A DNA stretch of 64,000 bases from a virus. Taxonomy: Duplodnaviria > Caudoviricetes. The DNA lies in IMG/VR virus record IMGVR_UViG_3300011531_000019, positions 3,421-67,420 of that record; one strand, given 5' to 3'. Position 1 is the stretch's first letter. Each line of letters begins with the position of its first letter. The notes below the pieces were generated by a model that made no database searches, was not told the origin of the DNA, and was given only the letters and a program-made list of their open reading frames with translations. The translations under genes and the position numbers were made by a program. Positions 10,359 through 19,977 of the stretch are shown here, piece after piece.

Positions 10359-12150
10359 CGAGCTTATTACCAAATTCGGTTTCATCGGTAATCTGGCACC
10401 ACAGGAAACCTTCAACGCCAACCTGAAAGCCTCTATTGGTTTACTCGCCGCGATGGGGGCTGCGATTGCGGGTTCTGCCGCAGGGATTGCGGGCTGGGTA
10501 GCCTCTGTAAGTGACACTGTGGATCCGATGGTTCAGTTCAGTCGAGAAACGGGTGTGGCTATAGAAACCATCCAGACCCTGGGTTATGCCGCATCTGTTA
10601 ACGGTTCAAGCGTTGACGCGCTGCAGACTTCACTGGCTGAAATGACCAAGCGCGTTGGAGAGTTTGTCTCTACAGGGGAAGGGGAAGCAAAGGACGTCGC
10701 CGGGCGCCTTGGTCTTAAGTTCAGGGATTTGAACGGCCATGTAAAATCATCCGACGTAATATTTCGGGAGCTGGCTGACAAGCTACACGGTATGAGCCAG
10801 GCAGAAAAATTTTCCGTTCTGGACAAGATGGGTATCGACCGCTCTATGGTGCAGTTGTTATCCATGACGGGCGAGGAAATATCTTCATTGCAGAGCCAGG
10901 CCGAGGCGCTGGGTATTGTTACACAGGAACAGGCCGATCAGTTTGCCGCCTATAACGATTCGCTGACCACGCTGGGGAAAGGTTTTGAGGGTATCAAATT
11001 TCAGGTAGCCGTTGGATTCGTGCCGGTGTTGAAAGAGCTGGTAGACGGATTTACGAACTTCCTCATTGTTAATAAAGATCTCATCAAAGACGGACTCTCG
11101 CATCTTGGGGAAATTATATTTTCAGTAATGGGGATGATCCGTCGCCTTATGCCAATCGTCGCCGTGGCCACAGCCGGGTTTATTGCTTGGAAAATTGCGG
11201 CGATTGGGCTCCGAACTGTGCTTGCCACTATATTCTCGCCCGTAGTCCTGATTACCGCGGCTATTGTGGCAATCATTCTCGTTATTGACGATCTGTTGAC
11301 AGCCATGGAGGACGGGCAGAGTGTCATTGCGGATTTCTTTATGGATAACTGGGGTATCGATATTGTCCCGGCTCTGAAGGCCGCAAAAGCCGCTCTGATG
11401 GCGTTTATCGATTACGCCATCAACGTCTTTAAACCGCTGGCTGATGCGATCGCTTCCATGTTCAAGATGGTGTGGCATCTCATTACAGGCGCATTTACCG
11501 GCGATTTTCAGGATGCGATGAATGATGCGCAGAATGTGTTTGATTCGCTTATCGCGTTTATCACCGGCGCCTTCGGCGTCGTTGGCGACGCGATTAAATA
11601 CGTTTTCGGTGATGCCGGAGCGTTCATTGTTAACGTGTTCACAACCGCCATTGAAAACACAAAGCTAATGTTCTCCGCGCTCTGGAAACTGGTAACCGGC
11701 GACTTCAAAGGTGCATGGGGCGATGTCGTAAAAATATTTGATAACAGCGTCCAGTTAATGAAAAAACCGTTTGTTGCATTCATCGACTGGGCCAAAAACC
11801 TCTTTGCCGGTCTGGGTAAGTACATCGGAGATGTCATCAGCAATGCCGCGTCAAATGCATGGACTGCAACAAAGTCGTTCTTTGGTTTCAGCGAGGAAGA
11901 GCAGCCAACGGGGCCATCAGGCGGCGGTGTTGGTGGCATGGGGGCGAACGGTATTCCGTATGGCATGCCTGGCGTAAATGATGCGCTCAGTCTCACGGGA
12001 AATGCGGGTGCATCTAGCAACTCTTACAGCTTCAGTCAACAAAATTACATTACAGCGCCTGATGCCGTGGCGGCTGGTGACGCAGTGGTAGACCGGAGCC
12101 AGCAGCAGCAACGTGAAGCACAGCGTCACTATATGAGAGGTGGCAGGTAA
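10345..12150 (+). CDS. Tape measure protein
   Basis: About 601 aa, Ala/Gly-rich helices with periodic aromatic residues; ATG 10345 (MAIVNELITKFGF). Confidence 0.88.
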   Translation: MAIVNELITKFGFIGNLAPQETFNANLKASIGLLAAMGAAIAGSAAGIAGWVASVSDTVDPMVQFSRETGVAIETIQTLGYAASVNGSSVDALQTSLAEMTKRVGEFVSTGEGEAKDVAGRLGLKFRDLNGHVKSSDVIFRELADKLHGMSQAEKFSVLDKMGIDRSMVQLLSMTGEEISSLQSQAEALGIVTQEQADQFAAYNDSLTTLGKGFEGIKFQVAVGFVPVLKELVDGFTNFLIVNKDLIKDGLSHLGEIIFSVMGMIRRLMPIVAVATAGFIAWKIAAIGLRTVLATIFSPVVLITAAIVAIILVIDDLLTAMEDGQSVIADFFMDNWGIDIVPALKAAKAALMAFIDYAINVFKPLADAIASMFKMVWHLITGAFTGDFQDAMNDAQNVFDSLIAFITGAFGVVGDAIKYVFGDAGAFIVNVFTTAIENTKLMFSALWKLVTGDFKGAWGDVVKIFDNSVQLMKKPFVAFIDWAKNLFAGLGKYIGDVISNAASNAWTATKSFFGFSEEEQPTGPSGGGVGGMGANGIPYGMPGVNDALSLTGNAGASSNSYSFSQQNYITAPDAVAAGDAVVDRSQQQQREAQRHYMRGGR

Positions 12151-12944
12151 TGGGGATCCTTGACGGTTTTACGCAGGCGCAGGCTTCCGGGAAAGATACG
12201 GTAACGAAGGTGGGGATCGGCGGGTTCGCACTATTTGCCCGTGTCAATGATGGCACAGAATACCCATCTCAGGTTCCGGTAGACGTGCTGGAGGATGGCA
12301 GTAACGCCGCTGACGACATTATCAACGGCCCGATTGTCATCACCATCAACGGCGTTGTGGCGGATGTTTATGTCGATGCAAAGCCCGGATCCGCATTTAG
12401 CCTCCTGCCAGACTATTCGAAATACGGCGAAGTGCTGGAGTACATACCCGCAAAAACTCAGCAGCAGTTGCAGCGAATGAACGAGATCGCCGATCGCGCA
12501 GAGCAGAAAATACTTGAAGCAAAGCGCCTGGTGGATAAAGGCGCTGAGCTTTTTGGACTGGTGGGTAATCCAGTGCAGGGCGGGGCGAAAGGCATTCGTG
12601 AGCAGTTTCTGGATTTTATCGAGGCTGTTTATTACGGCAAGCAACTAATATCCGTAGAAGTGGATTATCGCACCCATGAAAATATGGCGTTAAGCGGTCT
12701 GACCATCAGCACCGATAATCAGACTCTGGAAACAAAGTTTGAAGCCAGATTCACAAAAATAAACTTTACCCAGCTGACCACCACGCCCATTGAGCAACAC
12801 TTTAAATCGCCCTCTCCCGCCGCCAAATCTAAAACGGCGGGCGTGGCGAATAAGGGCGCGCAGACCCCGGAAGATAATTCAAAATCCGGCCAGTCAAAAT
12901 CTGTAGCTTACTCCTTTAAAGATGCAATCTTTGGTAAAAACTGA
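12150..12944 (+). CDS. Baseplate/tube-initiator protein
   Basis: Directly follows TMP with 1-nt overlap. Confidence 0.55.
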   Translation: MGILDGFTQAQASGKDTVTKVGIGGFALFARVNDGTEYPSQVPVDVLEDGSNAADDIINGPIVITINGVVADVYVDAKPGSAFSLLPDYSKYGEVLEYIPAKTQQQLQRMNEIADRAEQKILEAKRLVDKGAELFGLVGNPVQGGAKGIREQFLDFIEAVYYGKQLISVEVDYRTHENMALSGLTISTDNQTLETKFEARFTKINFTQLTTTPIEQHFKSPSPAAKSKTAGVANKGAQTPEDNSKSGQSKSVAYSFKDAIFGKN

Positions 12945-13279
12945 TGAATCGAATAGAGAACGTTACAGATGAACCCATTCAGCGGCATGCCCTTATTTTT
13001 GATCGTGGAGAGGCTGTGATTACTCTTCGTCACCTACCCACGGTTGAAATGTGGAAAATGCGCGTGGAGTACAACGGCGATCACATCGACGGCGTAAAAC
13101 TGTCGCTGGGTACACTACATTTTCGGCACAAAAACTGGCCGTTCGATATTGCGTTGCTTTGCACTGATAACTCCGGTGTTGACCCATATCGTGCTGATGA
13201 CTTCGCCAGTGGTCGCATTGAAATGTACCTGGTCACACCGGAAGAAATGACTGAGATACGCGGGGGAGATGTGTCGTAA
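12944..13279 (+). CDS. Small baseplate protein
   Basis: 111 aa, coupled to both neighbours. Confidence 0.55.
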   Translation: MNRIENVTDEPIQRHALIFDRGEAVITLRHLPTVEMWKMRVEYNGDHIDGVKLSLGTLHFRHKNWPFDIALLCTDNSGVDPYRADDFASGRIEMYLVTPEEMTEIRGGDVS

Positions 13280-14223
13280 TGGAAACCTTTTATCGTGACT
13301 ATCGGCTGACTGTGGGAATTGGCAACCAGGCCGTGATAATTCAGCCACCAATCACTTTGTCATTCAAGGCGCTCGAATCGGTCAACAAAAAGTCCCTGGG
13401 TAAGCTGAGCGTGTCCGTCAACGGGTTAAAGCCTTCTACGCGTCTGCAACTGGTCAAGGCTGAGGACGAAGATAAGTATATTCCGGTAAGGCTGGAGGTC
13501 GGTTATAACGGCAGGTTACGACAGGTATTTCAGGGATCGGTTAAAAGCGGCGCAGTAAAGCGCGAAGGGGCGATCCATGTCGTTAGCCTGGAATGTGAGG
13601 ATGGTGGACACGATTATATCAATGCCTTCACATCGCGCACGGTACGCGGGAAAGATCAGGTCGTCGACTCCGTTCTTCAGGACATGCCCAACACGAAAAA
13701 AGGTTCGGTGACGAAGCAGCAGGAGCTTATCAGGCCGAAGGTTCTGGTGGGTAGCTCCAGTAAAATCATTAGTGACATGCTGGCACCGGATGAAGATTTT
13801 TTTATCAAAGATGAACGCCTCCATATCCTGAAAACCAATGAGGTAACTTCGGGGAATATCCCGGTCGTGAACGCACGTAGCGGCCTGCTAAATACGCCTC
13901 AGGCTACGAAGATTAGCGCGCAGGATGACGGCGGGAAAAAAGCCAAAAAGCCGACCAATGAGCCTGATACAGATCCTGCAGGCAAAAAAGACACTGACTC
14001 GAGCACTTTAGCCAAATCATCAAAAGGGCAGATTGTGTTCGACACAAAACTGAATCCAATGCTGGTAATCGGCGGTCTTTGTGCGGTTGAGAGTGTAACG
14101 AACCCCGCGTTAAACGGGGTTTATAAAATCTACCAGATTGAAACGAGCGGGCAGAATAACGGGGCGGCCTGGTATCAGAAGGTGGTATGCCAGCCAGCGG
14201 GGAATTACAAGGTGCTCAAGTGA
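13279..14223 (+). CDS. Baseplate hub protein
   Basis: 314 aa; LEVGY.G....VFQG motif typical of hub proteins. Confidence 0.65.
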   Translation: METFYRDYRLTVGIGNQAVIIQPPITLSFKALESVNKKSLGKLSVSVNGLKPSTRLQLVKAEDEDKYIPVRLEVGYNGRLRQVFQGSVKSGAVKREGAIHVVSLECEDGGHDYINAFTSRTVRGKDQVVDSVLQDMPNTKKGSVTKQQELIRPKVLVGSSSKIISDMLAPDEDFFIKDERLHILKTNEVTSGNIPVVNARSGLLNTPQATKISAQDDGGKKAKKPTNEPDTDPAGKKDTDSSTLAKSSKGQIVFDTKLNPMLVIGGLCAVESVTNPALNGVYKIYQIETSGQNNGAAWYQKVVCQPAGNYKVLK

Positions 14224-14592
14224 CTATTTCATATCAAGGCAAATGGTAGCGACATAATCACCACCAGCAGAAAGAAACGACTCGACAAAGTCTTGATCTG
14301 GCCAATCTTCTTTTTCCATCATTTGTTTTTGTTCCTTGATGAAGTCTCGCTTTATCTTTAAACACGATTTGTTTTCTTTTAGGCCATCACGAACCACCTC
14401 TCTCATTTGTTTTTCCATGGCTGGTAACTGAGACATGCCTTCATTTATTTTTTTCTGATTAGCATTAGTTGCCTGAAGCGCTTCAAGCATGGCGCTTTCA
14501 AACTTAGATTTTGCAACATCTGCATAAGGCCCGGCGGCTGCTGGGAAAGATGCCAGACAAATGCATGTGAGGATTATTTTTTTCATGTGCAT
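14224..14592 (-). CDS. Moron: secreted/periplasmic hypothetical protein
   Basis: MKKIILTCICLASFPAAA signal peptide; antisense within the late operon. Confidence 0.7.
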   Translation of the reverse strand: MHMKKIILTCICLASFPAAAGPYADVAKSKFESAMLEALQATNANQKKINEGMSQLPAMEKQMREVVRDGLKENKSCLKIKRDFIKEQKQMMEKEDWPDQDFVESFLSAGGDYVATICLDMK

Positions 14593-14650
14593 GCCATTAA
14601 CCTTCTTTCTTTTACAATTTGAGTAGGAGTTCAGGAGGCTAAGTTGATAT

Positions 14651-15184
14651 TTACTTATTAGTTTGACCTGAAGCTTCCTGTGTAATTTCTGGTTTATTAC
14701 CTACTGCGGAATGTTTTTGTGAAAGCCAGCCCAGAGCAATAACAATTACGACTATTAAAAATATTTTTTCGCCAGTAGATAACCTCACTTTTCCACCGGC
14801 GTCTTTGAAGGCCTTTTTTTCCTCTATGGAAAGTTTCCTAAACTGTTTGTTTGTTAAAACCAGCGTTAATGGTGGTGGTGTTGGCGTTTCATTCGGATCG
14901 TTGTCGAATTGCGTTGAGTTGGCAAAGAAACCAAGCCGCTCTGGGGTCTCCCCTGACTCACTATCACTGGGTTTAGATGAGGTCTCTTTTTGCCCGGGGA
15001 GTAGATTACCAGTCGTGTAAGACAATCCAGAGCCAGGGATTCCAGCCGTTGCCTTTACACCATTCTTTCCGATGTTTAGCGATGCTCCACGCTTACCGAC
15101 TGTGGCGCTGGTGATCCCGCTCTTCCCGATGTTGATGGAAATGCCTGGAGCAATTTTTATGCGTTTTCTGAACTTAAATCCCAT
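14651..15184 (-). CDS. Moron: DUF4236-domain membrane-anchored protein
   Basis: MGFKFRKRIKIAPG...N.GK.G...T.GIPGSGLSY N-terminus; one C-terminal hydrophobic helix (IFLIVVIVIALGWL). Confidence 0.8.
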   Translation of the reverse strand: MGFKFRKRIKIAPGISINIGKSGITSATVGKRGASLNIGKNGVKATAGIPGSGLSYTTGNLLPGQKETSSKPSDSESGETPERLGFFANSTQFDNDPNETPTPPPLTLVLTNKQFRKLSIEEKKAFKDAGGKVRLSTGEKIFLIVVIVIALGWLSQKHSAVGNKPEITQEASGQTNK

Positions 15185-15277
15185 GAGTGACTTTCCTTAT
15201 ATCTAAACGATGCCGTAGGTTCACTTGATAACGACCGTGTAGCGTTCAGCGATCTATTGGCATTGCAGGACATCATT

Positions 15278-15301
15278 AAACCTCGCTTCGGCGGGGGTTT
15301 T
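15278..15301 (+). terminator. Rho-independent terminator-like hairpin
   Basis: aaacctcgc-ttcg-gcgggggtttt. Confidence 0.6.
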
Positions 15302-15315
15302 CACAGGCGTAGCAC

Positions 15316-15933
15316 ATGACCGAAGAACTTCACGACACGATCAGTCTGGGCGTCGAATTCGCGCTGGCTGATGTGCACACCATTGTTGTCGCAAAAATCA
15401 CTGCTGTAAATAATAAAACTATAAGTTGTGTACCAGTTATTAACCGGGTTGTGAAAGGGGACAGCAAGCAACTGCCTGAGTTTATCGAAGTTCCCCCGGT
15501 TATCCTGCAAGGCGGCGGCAGCTATATTGCTGAGCCAGTTTCGACAGGTGATTACTGTCTCGTCCTTATTTCTGAGCGCTGCTATGACGCCTGGTATGCC
15601 GGTAGCGACTTTGTATCACCTCTTGAGATGCGCATGCACGACTACTCTGACGGGTTTGCGTTGTGCGGAGTAAACCCTCAGGCCCGGGCTATCAGCATCC
15701 CGACCATCCGTCGCATGATTCAGGGCGATTCTGACCACACAGGATCGATGTATCTCACCGGAGACCTGGAGCAGGCTGGGGGTAAAACAACGCTTGAAGA
15801 GTGTGAGGTGCTGGGCCAGATGAGGTATGGAACGCTTCAGACGGCTGGAAAGGATAGTGTGACGGGCTCATTCAGGAGCGCCGATGGAAAAACAATCACT
15901 GTAACTAACGGCATCATTACGGGGATCTCATGA
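15316..15933 (+). CDS. Baseplate spike (gp138/gpV-like OB-fold N-terminus)
   Basis: P....VPV..LQGG.....P...GD.CLV...ERC.D.W and R.HD.SD motifs. Confidence 0.8.
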   Translation: MTEELHDTISLGVEFALADVHTIVVAKITAVNNKTISCVPVINRVVKGDSKQLPEFIEVPPVILQGGGSYIAEPVSTGDYCLVLISERCYDAWYAGSDFVSPLEMRMHDYSDGFALCGVNPQARAISIPTIRRMIQGDSDHTGSMYLTGDLEQAGGKTTLEECEVLGQMRYGTLQTAGKDSVTGSFRSADGKTITVTNGIITGIS

Positions 15934-16310
15934 TTGTTTCAGCACTGGATAATAATGATGACTGGGGATTTGGTCGCGGGCGGGCGAATTATATTACCGG
16001 CGGTGCGGCCATTGCACAAAAAGTGAAGTGTCGGGTGCGGTCTTTTAAAAACGATAACCCTTTAAATATGGATGACAACATCGACTGGCTATATCTGCTA
16101 TCGGAGAAAAACACCGAGCAGGAAATACTGCGCGAAATCGAACGCGTAACGCTGGCAACGGATGGGGTTATGCGAATTATTCATTTATCGATGCTGGTTA
16201 ATAAAAAAACACGTGAGCAGCATATAGAAATGCGTATTGAAACCGTCTTTGATAATCAGTCGATCACCATCCCGATAAACGGAGCACTAAAAGATGGCAC
16301 TACAGTTTGA
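15930..16310 (+). CDS. Baseplate wedge protein (gp25/W-like)
   Basis: LD...DW.FG.G and Q.VK.R motifs; position. Confidence 0.7.
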   Translation: MIVSALDNNDDWGFGRGRANYITGGAAIAQKVKCRVRSFKNDNPLNMDDNIDWLYLLSEKNTEQEILREIERVTLATDGVMRIIHLSMLVNKKTREQHIEMRIETVFDNQSITIPINGALKDGTTV

Positions 16311-17475
16311 TAATAACGGGCTGGAGATTGATACATTCAGGGATGTGTTCCAGTCGCTGAGCGATGCCTATAAGGTTGTTTACGGTCAGGACATTGACTT
16401 AGACCAGGATTCTCCGGATGGTCAGCGCGTCGCTATTGAGGCTCAGGCCAGAACAGACATCGAAGCCGCTCTGCAATGGCTTTATTCGCAGATGGACCCA
16501 GATTTTAATACCGGGGATATGCAGCAGGTTATTGCAAAACTGCATGGTCTTTACCTGCGTCCCGGTTCGCGCTCTCAACGGGATCTGAAAGTGACAACGG
16601 ACAGACCCGTTCTTTTATACAGCGGCTACCGAGTACGCGATCAGGCCAACCAGGTATGGTTTGTCGGTAAAGACGTAACAGTGCCTGCAGGGACATCAAC
16701 AGTGACGTTCTTTGCCCAAAACTTTGGGAAGGTGACCGGGCTGGTTAGTGATACGTTTACTCAACTGACTCCTGAACTGGGCATTATAAACATCATCTCC
16801 GATATTGAAGTGGTTGTCGGCAGGGATGAAGAAACACCGGAACAATTTCGCCAGCGCCGGAATCGCTCTCTTGAGAATCCGGCAACGGGTAGCACCGGCG
16901 CGATATTCGCGAAGGTCGCGCAACTGGCAGGAGTAACCGATCTCAACATTGGAGAGAACGATACAAAGACTGATGACGCGACAACAGGCATTCCAGCTAA
17001 CTCAATATGGCTTGTGGTAGAGGGTGGGGCGGTATCAGAAATTGTCGAGATCATGGTAAAGCAGAAAGGAGGAGGTACGGGAACAAAGGGGGGCGTAACC
17101 GGGCGTTACGTTGAGACCGTCGTCCGACCCGATGGCTCGACCATGCTGATAGCCCATGACCTCCGGTTTGATCGCCCGGTCTATAAGCCTCTGCATATCC
17201 GACTGACCGCTAAACGAAAGGTCACCAGCGACCCTGTCGATACTGACACTCTGAAAGCAGTACTGGCAAAGCGTGTAATGCACATTGGTGAAAGTGTCGA
17301 TGCCAATGAATTTTATGAGAATGGTTACAGCGTTGGTCGGGTTAATTTCGTGTTGACTAACCTACAGATAAGTGAAGATGGTGTGAGCTTCACTGATGGC
17401 GAACTTTCCCCTGGTTTTCAGGGAAAGTTTACGCTTGATGTAATGAATATCGCCATCAACGAGGTGATCCCGTGA
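16294..17475 (+). CDS. Baseplate J-like protein
   Basis: SPDGQ and GRDEET.EQFR.R motifs; 393 aa. Confidence 0.85.
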   Translation: MALQFDNNGLEIDTFRDVFQSLSDAYKVVYGQDIDLDQDSPDGQRVAIEAQARTDIEAALQWLYSQMDPDFNTGDMQQVIAKLHGLYLRPGSRSQRDLKVTTDRPVLLYSGYRVRDQANQVWFVGKDVTVPAGTSTVTFFAQNFGKVTGLVSDTFTQLTPELGIINIISDIEVVVGRDEETPEQFRQRRNRSLENPATGSTGAIFAKVAQLAGVTDLNIGENDTKTDDATTGIPANSIWLVVEGGAVSEIVEIMVKQKGGGTGTKGGVTGRYVETVVRPDGSTMLIAHDLRFDRPVYKPLHIRLTAKRKVTSDPVDTDTLKAVLAKRVMHIGESVDANEFYENGYSVGRVNFVLTNLQISEDGVSFTDGELSPGFQGKFTLDVMNIAINEVIP

Positions 17476-18194
17476 ATGACGATATCGTTAACCGCTACAC
17501 ACTGATGCTCATTAAGCAGTACTGGGAGAAGCCCAAAGCAAAGGCCGAAATAAAGGCCATGCTGGCACAGTGGCAGATCATTGCTGACTTTATACGAAAC
17601 CCGTCTAATTTTGACCTTGACAGCGTTACAGGCTACCGACTCGACGTAATAGGTCGCATTGTTGGATTACCCCGCAGCGTTCCTGAGGCACTGGCTAAAG
17701 TTTTTTTTGGATTTCAGGGCCACACAAATTCAGCGGGCTTCGCCAGTAAATCAAACCCAGGATACTCTGGCGCGCCGTTCTACAGCAAATTCGCACCTGC
17801 CTACGGACCTTATCAGCTTGGCGATAATGAATACCGACGGTTTCTGAGAGTGAAAATAGCAAGGAACGCAGCTGCAGCGACCATCGCGTCTGAAGACCGC
17901 GTCAGTCTGCAGGATGTTATCCAGGCAGCGTTTAACGGCAGGGCGTATGTTACAGACCGTCAGGATATGACGCTCACTCTTAACGTTTCTCCCCTGGTAT
18001 CTGTGGACGAGCTGCGGCTAATTGTCAGGCTCGGTCTGCTACCTAAGCCGGCAGGTGTCCGCTACGATTATTTTTATCAGGTGACTCCTGGTCTGACATT
18101 CGGTTTCTCGCGAAACCCTTCGGCCAGAGGATTCGCCAGCAAGTTTAATACCGCCTACCAGGGCGGTTTTTTTTCGAGGAAAATCCATGTCTAA
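17472..18194 (+). CDS. Baseplate wedge protein (DUF2612-like)
   Basis: FDLD...G..LD.IGRIVG.PR and L.D..YR..LR.KI motifs. Confidence 0.8.
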   Translation: MNDDIVNRYTLMLIKQYWEKPKAKAEIKAMLAQWQIIADFIRNPSNFDLDSVTGYRLDVIGRIVGLPRSVPEALAKVFFGFQGHTNSAGFASKSNPGYSGAPFYSKFAPAYGPYQLGDNEYRRFLRVKIARNAAAATIASEDRVSLQDVIQAAFNGRAYVTDRQDMTLTLNVSPLVSVDELRLIVRLGLLPKPAGVRYDYFYQVTPGLTFGFSRNPSARGFASKFNTAYQGGFFSRKIHV

Positions 18195-19035
18195 GATTGC
18201 ACGATATCAGGGAAATGTTCGGGCTTTTGCCTCTGATGCACAGGGAATGGAAAGAACCGTGTTTGGTGGAACAAATCAGGCGGATGACCTGACCTCGCAG
18301 ATCACGGCATCTTTCCTTCGCGGATGGGGCATTGTTGGCGCTTCTGAACACCCCTCGCTTGAGGACTTCAATGCGGCAATGTATGCAATGAGTCAGTTCA
18401 TTGCGTATCAGCACCAAATGGGGGTTCCAGAGTGGCATGCAGAACAGGAATATCATATCGGTTCGATCTGCACACATAACGGTGAATCTTATCAGTCCTT
18501 ACAAAATGCAAATATTGGTAGCCAGCCGCCATCAGCAAAATGGACTCCTGTATTAACGTCAAAAAACGGTCTCGCAAACCTTGGTTTGGGAGAAGGCTCA
18601 GCGTTACCCGTTGGTGTACCTGTTCCGTGGCCTTTAGCCACTCCACCAACAGGATGGCTGAAATGCAACGGTTCACCGTTCAATCCGTCAAGTTACCCTG
18701 CGCTTGCCGCTGTGTTCCCTTCTGGTGTGCTTCCAGACCTGCGCGGTGAATTTATTCGCGGTTGGGATGATGGACGCGGGGTTGATGGGGGAAGAAATAT
18801 CATGTCCTCTCAGAGTGACACATTACAAGACCACGGCCATAAGTCGATAAGGTTGCGATCTGTTGGCGCAAACGGGGGAAATATTCCAGTTCCCGATGGC
18901 GGCGCTGATTTCACTGGAGATGCTGACTTAATCAATGCGATTTCAGACCATGCATTTAGTGGTGGTGCTCCAAGAGTATCGGGAGAAACACGCCCCCGTA
19001 ACATCGCATTTAACTACATTGTAAGGGCAGCATAA
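18187..19035 (+). CDS. Short tail fibre with tail-collar domain
   Basis: LPVGVPVPWP..TPPTGWLKCNG, PDLRGEFIRGWD and ETRPRNIAFNYIVRAA motifs. Confidence 0.9.
   Translation: MSKIARYQGNVRAFASDAQGMERTVFGGTNQADDLTSQITASFLRGWGIVGASEHPSLEDFNAAMYAMSQFIAYQHQMGVPEWHAEQEYHIGSICTHNGESYQSLQNANIGSQPPSAKWTPVLTSKNGLANLGLGEGSALPVGVPVPWPLATPPTGWLKCNGSPFNPSSYPALAAVFPSGVLPDLRGEFIRGWDDGRGVDGGRNIMSSQSDTLQDHGHKSIRLRSVGANGGNIPVPDGGADFTGDADLINAISDHAFSGGAPRVSGETRPRNIAFNYIVRAA
18569..18594. other. Hin/Gin/Pin-family invertase crossover-like site inside the fibre gene
   Basis: Reverse complement TTCTCCCAAACCAAGGTTTGCGAGAC has the AAACC-AA-GGTTT core of pix/hix sites (comparison from memory). Confidence 0.6.
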
Positions 19036-19643
19036 TGAGCGACAAAGAAATCACCTTAGATGAAAAAGGATTCGCCACGGAGTCTGGATTTATCACCGTT
19101 TACAGCTATGACGGAGAAACTCGGGAGTTTATTTCCGCATCGTTAGAATATCTACCTGTTGGCGTTGGAGTTCCAGGCAATTCATGCGTGGATGCACCAA
19201 TCAGCAAAAAGGACGGCTTTGCTGTCTGCCGGACGGCTGATTTGACCGGTTGGGAATACGTTGCAGACCATCGCGGCGAAACCGTTTACAGCACGGCTAC
19301 TGGCAAACCTGTGACTATTTCACGGTTGGGAGAATACCCGGAAGGAACCACCACTATCGCCCCATTAACGCCATACGATAAATGGGATGGTGAGAAATGG
19401 GTGACGGATACCGAGGCACAATATAGCGCCGCAGTAGAATCGGCAGAAGCACAGCGCCAGTCACTGATTGATGCAGCAATGGCTTCCATCAGTCTGGTTC
19501 AGCTGAAATTGCAGGCCGGGCGTAAACTGACGGAGGCAGAAACAACACGGCTTAACGCTGTGCTGGATTACATTGACGCGGTAACGGCAACAGATACCAG
19601 CACCGCGCCGGATGTCATCTGGCCTGAACTGCCGGAGGCGTAG
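19035..19643 (+). CDS. tfa: Tail fibre assembly chaperone (Tfa-like)
   Basis: W.YVADHRGETVY, P.TPYDKWDG.KW and WPELP motifs. Confidence 0.9.
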   Translation: MSDKEITLDEKGFATESGFITVYSYDGETREFISASLEYLPVGVGVPGNSCVDAPISKKDGFAVCRTADLTGWEYVADHRGETVYSTATGKPVTISRLGEYPEGTTTIAPLTPYDKWDGEKWVTDTEAQYSAAVESAEAQRQSLIDAAMASISLVQLKLQAGRKLTEAETTRLNAVLDYIDAVTATDTSTAPDVIWPELPEA

Positions 19644-19681
19644 GACATTCAATATCTGGCACACAGGACAAAACTGAGACA

Positions 19682-19715
19682 CACAAGGCTTTGCACTGTA
19701 TTGCAAGGCTTTGTG
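19682..19715 (+). terminator. Hairpin after tfa
   Basis: cacaaggctttgca-ctgtat-tgcaaggctttgtg imperfect inverted repeat. Confidence 0.45.
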
Positions 19716-19877
19716 CTCTCCTGTGGATGTGTGTCTACATATTTGAAGATTGTTGTGCCGTATTTGTGACATACGCATGACAACATCATGCATCAACTTT
19801 CTGTTTGTGCCATCAACTATAGCTTAGTGAATGCGGTTAATGCTTGCTAAAACAGATAGTTATGATTGGTGCTACAG

Positions 19878-19923
19878 ATTCGTAATGCGAAGGTCGGAGG
19901 TTCGACTCCTCTTATCGGCACCA
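19878..19923 (+). repeat. thrW: 3' half of tRNA-Thr(CGU), variant copy; prophage attR / left boundary of island 2
   Basis: attcgtaatgcgaaggtcggaggttcgactcctcttatcggcacca; no 5' half upstream; 2 differences from the copy ending at 46561. Confidence 0.9.
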
Positions 19924-19977
19924 TAAAATCAAAAGGTTACGTAAAATCCTATCATTTCTCCACCAAAGAATATTTTG

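Larger units (their letters stand above)
1..19923 (+). mobile_element. Prophage morphogenesis region and right end (contractile-tailed, DUF2213/DUF2184/DUF4054/DUF3383-type module); left part lies outside the window
   Basis: Continuous, overlapping + strand run of terminase-portal-head-neck-sheath-tube-TMP-baseplate-fibre genes ending at a tRNA-Thr 3' half. Confidence 0.95.

Noticed and set aside
171-13824. Many minus-strand ORFs across the phage structural genes (e.g. 4524..5435, 11508..12020)
   Set aside because: Fully overlap well-supported + strand genes
19878-19923. Functional tRNA gene
   Set aside because: Only the anticodon arm to CCA is present; the same holds for 46513-46561. No 5' half, so these are att remnants
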